Below the pieces are notes generated by a model. That model made no database searches and was not told the origin of the DNA. It worked only from the letters and a program-made list of their open reading frames with translations. Of a DNA stretch of 20,000 nt, positions 8,829 to 16,128 are shown piece after piece. A program made the position numbers and the translations under genes. Each line of letters opens with the position of its first letter. Position 1 is the stretch's first letter. Source of the stretch: an uncultured virus (IMG/VR IMGVR_UViG_3300027373_000191) (lineage: Duplodnaviria > Heunggongvirae > Uroviricota > Caudoviricetes); IMG/VR virus record IMGVR_UViG_3300027373_000191. The stretch is one strand, 5' to 3'.

Positions 8829-11800
8829 TTAAAATAACCCCTTTATCGTCCCTTTTATATTTTTGTCAACATAATCAATAGATTGAATATTAAATTCTTC
8901 TTCTTCTTTAAGAATATTAAATCTTGCTTTTGAATGCCTTCCTACAAATTGACCTTTATCATGAAAATCAAATACAAGAGCTTTATTTTTTCCCTCAGAA
9001 GTTCTTATTACTCTTCCTACCCTTTGTTTTGCTCTATTACTTGATTTCCCTCCTCCTGCCATAATTAACGCAGAAAGTGAGCTTATATCGAGCCCTTCGT
9101 CAGCAATCGTGTTATGGGCACACAATGGGCCAATTCCACAAAAAAAGTTTTCATTCTCTTCAACGGAAATATCATAAACAAATTTTTGATCATTAATTTT
9201 TTCTGTTGATTTAACTAATTCCAAACCATTAGGAAATTTATTTTTATTAGAATAATTTAATTTTCTTTTTGTTTTTATTCTATTTTTAATTATTTCTTTT
9301 AAATTTTTATCTATTTTATAATTTTCTAAAACACATATACTATAATTATCTGATATTTTTTTGTTTTCATGAACACGTTTTTTTACCGTTATGTTTTTAT
9401 ATCCAATGATTCTTAATAAAAGTATAAAATCTCTTGATAAATGGAACGAACTTGTATGGAGCCTAAATGAATTATATCCCAATGATCCATCTCCCATTAT
9501 TATTCCATAAATATAAGAATTTATTTTTTCTATATCTAAATTATATATAAATCTTGGAATCTTTTTTTCATAAAACCCTATTCCAACGTCAAATACATCC
9601 TTAAGTATATTATAAAATGTTGAGTTATTTATAATAAATTGTCTATCATTAACATTATATTTTATTCCTAATTTAATCAAACATTGTTCGATATCATTTC
9701 TCGTATATTTTGTATCTACTTCATTCACTATACAGGATGATAAAATTATTCTTTTTGAATCTTTTTTTGATTTTATATTTTTGTCCATATACCCTTCTGA
9801 TGAATAATATCCCAAGAATTCACAAAAATCTTTTGTTATTTCAAATTCATCATTAAAAATATCTCTTGATTTTTTTATACATATTTTAATTTTTAAAAAT
9901 CTTTTAAGAAAATCATTTTTATATAAATCTTCTATATTATAATAAAATCTCTTTTTTAATGTTTTATCCAAACATTTATATTTATAATTAAATATTTTTT
10001 CTAAATTAAAAAGAAATAATTTACCCCACTCTGTTATATTATTATTAGAATCTATAATATTATATTCCTTCATTATTTTTATATTACTATAAAATGTTCC
10101 TTTGTTAATTTTTTCTCTTTTTAATATTTTTGCCCAAGTTTTAAATCTTCTAATAATCGGTTGAGATAATGAAGAAGAAAAATAACTATATTTATTATTA
10201 TTTTTAGTTTCATATATTTCATCTATTAAACTAATTTTTGAAATAATTCTTCTTTCATTTAATATTTTATCAAATTCCAAAGGGATAATACATTTTTCTC
10301 CATTTTTTTCTGAAGGCAAAAATTCTTTTAAATTTTCCATATTATCTGTTGTAATTAAACTATGATTATCAGTGACTAGGCATTCAAAATTTTTCTTAGT
10401 CCTAACATTTATTATATTTGTTTTTCTTTCCTTCCTATGAACATAAGTTATTTTTTTGAATTCAGGATTTTTATTAAATTTATTTAAAGATAAGGCTTCC
10501 CATTCTTCATCTACTTTCTTTGATCCTACAATACCCTTGTTTAAAAATTTTTCAGTAAAATCACCTATAGATATATTCAATATTTCTCCATTTTTTTTAT
10601 TTTTAACAAATATTTTCTCTTCAGACGGTAAACTGCTACCTATTAATACTTTTATTTTTCCACAATACAAATCTTCTAGTGATTGCGATCTTATTTTTTG
10701 AGGAGTTTTACCATGTATAAAAACACTTCCGGGTATTTTTTCATTCAATAAATTACCATGCTCAATTCTTTGTATTAAAATTAATGTATTATAATCCTGA
10801 TCTTTAAGTCTATTTGCAATGGAAGCTATTATATTGTTTCTTTCTTCATTTTCCATGATATTTTTTTTATAATCATCTTCATAATTATCTACTCTAACTT
10901 TAGGATTTTTTAATTTTACATAATATATATCTGGTTTAACCAAAAATCCTCTTCTAATTAAATCAGATGCTGTTATTTTTCCTATATTTCTACCAAAAAG
11001 ACCCTCAATCATCATTTCAGCATTATCTGATCTACGAGGAGTTGCTGATCCGCCAAATACATAATAAGCTTTTTTAGATTTCTCTATTGTTTTCTGGCAA
11101 GTTTTAGATGAAGAATGGTGACATTCGTCGAAGAACAAACCTTTAGCATCTTCTATTAATTTTTTAATATCATCTTTTCTTTGTTTTACATGAGATAAAT
11201 CTTCTGTCTTCAGTAATTCTATTTCGTCATCTTCCCAATCAAGCTTTTTTAATTCGCTATTTAATCCTTTATTTTCATTATAAGCAGTTGTTGCTGTTTG
11301 TATCGTCATTACATTTATATCTTTTATATCACATTTTCCATCACCAATAATTCCTACTTCTAGATCAATAATAGAGGATTCTAATCGATCTTTCGCTTGA
11401 TACATTAAATCTTTTGTCAAAACATAAAATATAAATGGAGAAACACTAATTTCTTGAATTATTTTAGAAGCTATAACCGTTTTCCCTGATCCCGTACATA
11501 ATTCTAAAACGCCTCTTCCTTTTGCTAACGCAGAAGAAATTACTTCAGATTGATAGTCTCTTATTATAAAATTACTATCATTCCATTTTAAATCTAATGT
11601 TTTTTCTGGAACAATTCTATTATCAATGACATCAGGAATTATTCCTGTATATTTAAAGACAGTTGAAACTACTCTAGCAAAAAGGCCAGTCAAAAATTTT
11701 CCATCAGAATTACTTTTCTTTATTTTTTTGTAAAGATGGATTTTAGCATCCCAATTAGGTCTATTTATCCTTACAAATCTAGCTCCTGCTACTTCATAGG

Positions 11801-11912
11801 CAATATCATCATACAGAATATCACTGATACATCTTTTCTTATCATCAACAATATGTAATGGAAGATTTTGTATTTCAGACCAATTATTTTCCAATATTAT
11901 TTTTGGTTTCAT
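8829..11912 (-). CDS. Superfamily 2 DNA helicase (UvsW/XPB/ResIII-like), intein-containing precursor (about 519 aa after splicing)
   Basis: RDYQ (Q motif), CTGSGKT (Walker A), DECHH (motif II), SATP (III), spliced motif V VLIGS-TIADEGLD, and QRVGRVIR (VI). Confidence 0.93.
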   Translation of the reverse strand: MKPKIILENNWSEIQNLPLHIVDDKKRCISDILYDDIAYEVAGARFVRINRPNWDAKIHLYKKIKKSNSDGKFLTGLFARVVSTVFKYTGIIPDVIDNRIVPEKTLDLKWNDSNFIIRDYQSEVISSALAKGRGVLELCTGSGKTVIASKIIQEISVSPFIFYVLTKDLMYQAKDRLESSIIDLEVGIIGDGKCDIKDINVMTIQTATTAYNENKGLNSELKKLDWEDDEIELLKTEDLSHVKQRKDDIKKLIEDAKGLFFDECHHSSSKTCQKTIEKSKKAYYVFGGSATPRRSDNAEMMIEGLFGRNIGKITASDLIRRGFLVKPDIYYVKLKNPKVRVDNYEDDYKKNIMENEERNNIIASIANRLKDQDYNTLILIQRIEHGNLLNEKIPGSVFIHGKTPQKIRSQSLEDLYCGKIKVLIGSSLPSEEKIFVKNKKNGEILNISIGDFTEKFLNKGIVGSKKVDEEWEALSLNKFNKNPEFKKITYVHRKERKTNIINVRTKKNFECLVTDNHSLITTDNMENLKEFLPSEKNGEKCIIPLEFDKILNERRIISKISLIDEIYETKNNNKYSYFSSSLSQPIIRRFKTWAKILKREKINKGTFYSNIKIMKEYNIIDSNNNITEWGKLFLFNLEKIFNYKYKCLDKTLKKRFYYNIEDLYKNDFLKRFLKIKICIKKSRDIFNDEFEITKDFCEFLGYYSSEGYMDKNIKSKKDSKRIILSSCIVNEVDTKYTRNDIEQCLIKLGIKYNVNDRQFIINNSTFYNILKDVFDVGIGFYEKKIPRFIYNLDIEKINSYIYGIIMGDGSLGYNSFRLHTSSFHLSRDFILLLRIIGYKNITVKKRVHENKKISDNYSICVLENYKIDKNLKEIIKNRIKTKRKLNYSNKNKFPNGLELVKSTEKINDQKFVYDISVEENENFFCGIGPLCAHNTIADEGLDISSLSALIMAGGGKSSNRAKQRVGRVIRTSEGKNKALVFDFHDKGQFVGRHSKARFNILKEEEEFNIQSIDYVDKNIKGTIKGLF
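9111..10634 (-). mobile_element. Intein (508 aa, Ser1/Thr+1) with LAGLIDADG endonuclease in helicase motif V
   Basis: Starts SLPSEEKI, block B VTDNHSL, endonuclease motifs FLGYYSSEG and YIYGIIMGDG, ends VYDISVEENENFFCGIGPLCAHN|T. Confidence 0.93.
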
Positions 11913-12054
11913 CTAAAAAAATTTTCTCTCCGCAGAATGGGCATTCATTAATACTATTGGTATATACTATATTTTTACCACATTTTGGGCAAGGAATAGA
12001 TTTTTCAATTAATTCAATAGATTTTTTAACTGTACTTCTTTTTATCATTGACAT
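11884..12054 (-). CDS. Small zinc-ribbon protein (56 aa)
   Basis: Not in the ORF track. MSMIKRSTVKKSIELIEKSIPCPKCGKNIVYTNSINECPFCGEKIFLDETKNNIGK with two CPxCG motifs, an AAGGAGA RBS just upstream of the ATG, and an overlap with the helicase start. Confidence 0.8.
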   Translation of the reverse strand: MSMIKRSTVKKSIELIEKSIPCPKCGKNIVYTNSINECPFCGEKIFLDETKNNIGK

Positions 12055-12120
12055 TTTTTTTCTCCTTATTCACATCATTTTCTATATATACGATTAAAAC
12101 TGTCAAATTTAAAACTTTTC

Positions 12121-12255
12121 AAGAGTGTCTCAAAAATAGGGCACTTTTTAAAATTTGTCAACGAAACTATTACATGTCAATATTATGACATGTATACGAA
12201 AATAGGGCACTAATGCTTAAAAAGTGTCAACGAAAATAGGGCACTTTTTTAAAAA
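12121..12255. repeat. Iteron-like direct repeats on a ~33-bp period
   Basis: Exact AAAATAGGGCACT at 12133-12145, 12199-12211 and 12233-12245 (spacings 66 and 34). TGTCAACGAAA recurs at about 12156 and 12225. Confidence 0.85.
12171..12194. promoter_or_regulatory. Perfect inverted repeat TACATGTCA-N6-TGACATGTA, probable dimeric protein binding site
   Basis: 9-bp arms at 12171-12179 and 12186-12194, read directly from the sequence. Function is inferred. Confidence 0.6.
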
Positions 12256-12289
12256 CTAAACTTATCAGAAAATCTGCCGATATATATAA

Positions 12290-12412
12290 TAGGGGGTTTC
12301 GTGGGGGGAAAGGGGGGCAAGAATTTTATTAGACGAGGCGTAGACGAAGTCGAAGCTGAGTCGTAATAAACGTGAGCGAATGAAGCGTAGCGAAATGAGT
12401 CGAGCGGAAGAG
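12290..12412 (+). other. G-tracts followed by GNA-rich hairpins; candidate single-strand initiation/primosome assembly element
   Basis: G5/G6/G6 tracts at 12292-12317. Hairpin TTTATTA-GAC-gag-GC-gta-GAC-GAA-GTC-gaa-GC-tga-GTC-g-TAATAAA at 12325-12370, then a GC-GTA-GC-centred purine-rich stretch ending GCGGAAGAG. GC-rich and purine-biased relative to its surroundings. Confidence 0.5.
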
Positions 12413-12513
12413 TGTAATTAACAGTACAGATTAACAAAAGTATCTCCAAATTAGGATATAAGATAAGTTTTACATTATATCTATACTATATCTAAAATTA
12501 ATAAAAACATTTA

Positions 12514-12535
12514 ATAAAAGCGTTATAAAAGCGTT
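12514..12535. repeat. Tandem 11-bp direct repeat (ATAAAAGCGTT x2)
   Basis: Exact copies at 12514-12524 and 12525-12535, within the AT-rich part of the intergenic island. Confidence 0.6.
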
Positions 12536-12606
12536 AAGTAGTACTTAAGCTTTATATAATCATTTAGAGCGAGAACCATGCCATTCTATTTGGCGATATT
12601 TTTTCT

Positions 12607-12634
12607 TTGACATTATTTCGACTTATTGTATTAT
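12607..12634 (+). promoter_or_regulatory. Sigma70-like promoter for the rightward replication operon
   Basis: TTGACA (12607-12612), 16-nt spacer, TATTAT (12629-12634), about 35 nt upstream of the RBS-supported ATG at 12670. Confidence 0.6.
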
Positions 12635-12669
12635 TGAGAGAAAGCTTGTATATATTTTTGGAGTTTAAT

Positions 12670-13527
12670 ATGGATGGTAAAATAAAAAGAAGTATTTTGA
12701 AGACGCCACTCTCATACTATAAAGCTAGTCATTGGTGTGATTTTTCTGCTTCTTGTTATTTTGATATATATAAAAAGAAATATGAAAAATATCCTCTTTT
12801 ATATCCTTCTCATTGTAAAGTTATTAAAAGTTACATATATCCAGTTGTTTTTAGAGAAAAGAAGTGGAGTTCTAGGGATTTTGCTAAATTTATAATTTTT
12901 GATATAAACAGGGCAAAACAATCAGGAATAGATTATGCAATTAATTTAATGAAATCAGTTAAAGGACAAGAAAATATAATCGAATTTGATAAGATTTTAT
13001 GTAATGAAAGAAATTCAGATAGATTCGAAGATGCTATTTATCTTCCTCATGAGCCATTGTTGGATGATCCGGGTGATTTGATGGATGTTTTAGGACTTAT
13101 TCAATCGCCATTATTGATTATGTATAATTTTGGTATTCCTATTTTTCATAAATATATGCAAATAAAAAATAATATATCGTTTTTGGAAGCAAAAAAAATA
13201 ACATCAGATACTATAAGATTTGATGTTATAGAAAATTTTAAGGATGATAGAGATATTTTAAGAAGAATATTGGAGGGGATTGTTAAAAACAGTTGTTTTT
13301 GGGGTCCTTACTATAGTCCGAAGAAAATAAAAAAGTTTATAGCTGAAGAAGATTTTATTATAGATTGGCGAAAAGAATATGATAAAGTGTGGAAAATTTT
13401 TAAGTTTGAAGAAAGTGATTTTTGGGAATATAAAAATAATGAATTTTTAAGACCAATTCTAAAACCTGTAAAGTTTTTATTTGATATTGAAATAAGAGAG
13501 TTAAAATGTATAAAAAAGACGATTTAA
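12670..13527 (+). CDS. Hypothetical protein (285 aa), first gene of the replication operon
   Basis: ATG at 12670 is preceded by GGAG; the track's TTG start at 12607 coincides with the -35 box. Aromatic-rich, no recognised motif. Confidence 0.75.
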   Translation: MDGKIKRSILKTPLSYYKASHWCDFSASCYFDIYKKKYEKYPLLYPSHCKVIKSYIYPVVFREKKWSSRDFAKFIIFDINRAKQSGIDYAINLMKSVKGQENIIEFDKILCNERNSDRFEDAIYLPHEPLLDDPGDLMDVLGLIQSPLLIMYNFGIPIFHKYMQIKNNISFLEAKKITSDTIRFDVIENFKDDRDILRRILEGIVKNSCFWGPYYSPKKIKKFIAEEDFIIDWRKEYDKVWKIFKFEESDFWEYKNNEFLRPILKPVKFLFDIEIRELKCIKKTI

Positions 13528-15188
13528 GTAAATTTGAAAAAGCAATAGAAGATATAAAAGTAATTATAAGAGCTAGATATCCAATTTTGTATATAATATC
13601 TGATGAAAAAGAACATGAAATAATAAAATTATTATATTCTATGTGTAAAGAGGGAACATATGGGAAAAAATATCAGAAAGATATGTATATGTGGGATATA
13701 TCTAGGGGCATAACTATGCCAAATATTGATGGTAAAAATATATATAGTAAAAAAATATCTGATGATGCAAGAGATCCTATCCTTGCTTTTGATTGGATTC
13801 AGGAAAATAATAAAGATAAAGACTCTATAATTATTCTTTCAGAATTTCACCATTATTTAGAAGAACCAAGTATTCAGAGAAGATTAAGATTATTTAGTGA
13901 AATAACTGCAAATAATGAAAGAAAAATGATTATTCTTCTTTCGACAAAAAATGACGGAATGAATGGTAATGGAAAAAAAATTCCAACTGAATTAGAAAAT
14001 ATTATAAATATTTATGATTGGCCGTATCCAGACGAGAGGCATATATCTAAATTTTTATCAAAAGATATTATTCCATCATTAAATACATCTTTGGAAGATG
14101 CTGGAATAGATAAAATGTTATTTAATAAAGAAGAAATGAAATCAATAATCAATGCGTGTAAGGGAATGACACTATCTCAGATAGACCATGCTACATCAAA
14201 ATCTATTGTTATTCATAAAACTTTATTACCAAAAACAATAGCTATAGAAAAAAAGCAAATAATAAAGAAAAGCGATCTTTGTGATTATATTGAACCAAGC
14301 GAAAATTTAGAAGATATTGGTGGATTAGCCAATTTAAAAAGATGGCTAAAGGCAAGGAAAAATATTCTTTCAGAAGAGGCTTTTGATTTCGGATGCAATG
14401 TTCCTAATGGAGTATTGTTCCTTGGTCCTTGGGGTTCCGGTAAATCTTCGGCAGCAAAAGCAATTATAAATGATTGGCAGATACCGGGATTAAGGATAGA
14501 TGCCTCCAAGATATATGATATGTATGTCGGTAGTTCTGAGAGGAAAATAAATTCAATATTAAAATTAGCAGAATCGATTTCACCATGTATCATCTGGTTT
14601 GATGAGATAGATAATCTTTTTGCTGGATCAGAGTCAAGTGATTCTGATGGTGGAACATCAAGCAGAGTTTTAGGCATAATATCAACATGGATGTCAGAAC
14701 ATGAAGGGACTGTATTTAATATTTTTACAGCAAATGATATATCAAATAGCCCATCAAAACTATTTAGAAAAGGAAGATTAGACGAAATATTTATTATAGA
14801 TTTACCGGTAGAGGAAGAACGTAAGGAAATATTTTATATTCACATAAAAAAAAGACTTGAAAGGCAAAACAATTTAGGTATAATCAATAATATAGATATA
14901 GATTTGTTGTCTAAAAAATCAATAAACTTCTCTGGCGCAGAAATAGAAAATGCAGTAAATACAGCATTTATCTTGGCGTATAATGACGCCAAAAGAGATA
15001 TAAAAACTGAAGATATAGAAAAAGCATGTAAAGAAATGATTCCTCTTTCTTGTACAAAGAGAGAAGAGATAAAACGTATGAGAGAATGGCAGAAGGGAAG
15101 AGCCATTTCAGCATCAGATTATATCTGTGAAGAAATACAGGATATTAAAGAATTCTATAATTTAAGCCAAAAAAATCTAGATATTTAA
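13506..15188 (+). CDS. Ycf46-like AAA+ ATPase (degenerate N-terminal AAA plus active C-terminal AAA)
   Basis: IRARYPILYIISDE N-terminus, DIGGLANLKRWL, Walker A GPWGSGKS, Walker B IIWFDEID, TAN sensor, RKGRLDEIF arginine finger and FSGAEIE. Confidence 0.88.
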   Translation: MYKKDDLSKFEKAIEDIKVIIRARYPILYIISDEKEHEIIKLLYSMCKEGTYGKKYQKDMYMWDISRGITMPNIDGKNIYSKKISDDARDPILAFDWIQENNKDKDSIIILSEFHHYLEEPSIQRRLRLFSEITANNERKMIILLSTKNDGMNGNGKKIPTELENIINIYDWPYPDERHISKFLSKDIIPSLNTSLEDAGIDKMLFNKEEMKSIINACKGMTLSQIDHATSKSIVIHKTLLPKTIAIEKKQIIKKSDLCDYIEPSENLEDIGGLANLKRWLKARKNILSEEAFDFGCNVPNGVLFLGPWGSGKSSAAKAIINDWQIPGLRIDASKIYDMYVGSSERKINSILKLAESISPCIIWFDEIDNLFAGSESSDSDGGTSSRVLGIISTWMSEHEGTVFNIFTANDISNSPSKLFRKGRLDEIFIIDLPVEEERKEIFYIHIKKRLERQNNLGIINNIDIDLLSKKSINFSGAEIENAVNTAFILAYNDAKRDIKTEDIEKACKEMIPLSCTKREEIKRMREWQKGRAISASDYICEEIQDIKEFYNLSQKNLDI

Positions 15189-15206
15189 CCAATAAGGATA
15201 GAGAAA

Positions 15207-16118
15207 ATGCCTAACGATAGTGAAAAACTTAAAATATTTAAGAAAAATCAGGAAAACGAGATAAAGAAAAGTTTACTCAATATAAGTGGTATCCCCAAAC
15301 AATATTTAAATTTTAATTGGAAAAGTTATGATCCAGAAAATGATTCTAGGAATATAATTAATGATAAAAAAGTTATAGAATCAAGAAAAAAAGCAAAAGA
15401 AGCAGCATTAAAATATGTTCTTAATATTAAGGAAAATTTAGCTAATGGAAAAAATCTACTTTTTCTTGGTCCTAAAACATCTGGTAAAACTGTATTAGCT
15501 ACATTAATATTAAGAGAAATAATATCTAAAGAATTGTGTGAAGTTAGATATACAAGGTTTGTTAATCTTGTATCGTCACAATTTAATAATCTATATAAAA
15601 TAACACCAGATGAATTGAAAAATCTTTATGATTATTATACAGAACCAGATGTTTTGTGTATAGATGAAATTGAAGAAATTTATGTTAGAGATTATGTCCA
15701 AAATTGTATCCATGAAATACTTATAGATAGACTTAATCAAAAAAAACCTACTATTATAACATCTAGGATAAGTTTGGGTAAAATAAAGAAAACGTGTGGT
15801 AATGGGTTTTATGATATAATAAACGATAATCAGATTTTTGATATATGTAGTATTGGTGCTGAATCATATTTTCTTACTGATGATAGTATTGATGCCGATG
15901 AATTATATTTATTAGAAGATGCAATAAAAGGACTAGTATATCTACTTAAGAAAGAAAAAGAAATTAAGAATAAATATAACAAATATGGGTATGACGATAA
16001 ACTGTTTGTTAATGGGTCTAAGATAATTCAAGAAATATCGAAATTTAAAAAGAACAAAAGTAATATCAAAGACACAATTTCTGTGGTAAATAAAAAAACA
16101 AAAGATCATATAGGATAA
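15207..16118 (+). CDS. DnaC/IstB-like AAA+ ATPase, probable helicase loader
   Basis: SGIPKQY...F..Y N-terminus, GKNLLFLGPKTSGKT, LCIDEI, and DRLNQKKPTIITS. Directly upstream of DnaB. Confidence 0.85.
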   Translation: MPNDSEKLKIFKKNQENEIKKSLLNISGIPKQYLNFNWKSYDPENDSRNIINDKKVIESRKKAKEAALKYVLNIKENLANGKNLLFLGPKTSGKTVLATLILREIISKELCEVRYTRFVNLVSSQFNNLYKITPDELKNLYDYYTEPDVLCIDEIEEIYVRDYVQNCIHEILIDRLNQKKPTIITSRISLGKIKKTCGNGFYDIINDNQIFDICSIGAESYFLTDDSIDADELYLLEDAIKGLVYLLKKEKEIKNKYNKYGYDDKLFVNGSKIIQEISKFKKNKSNIKDTISVVNKKTKDHIG

Positions 16119-16128
16119 TATTAAAAAA

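Noticed and set aside
3872..12097. Short track ORFs at 3872, 5344, 6869, 6912, 8292, 10456 and 11858
   Set aside because: They overlap well-supported minus-strand genes, either antisense or out of frame. Their composition is mostly what antisense translation of AT-rich genes produces.
12121..12255. Possible mini-CRISPR array
   Set aside because: The conserved core is only 13 bp, the period is about 33 bp with related intervening sequence and no unique spacers, and no cas genes are present.
12249..12449. 66-aa minus-strand ORF with PPFPPTKPP
   Set aside because: Non-ATG start and no clear RBS. The proline run is simply the reverse complement of the G-tracts, so the region is better explained as non-coding structure.
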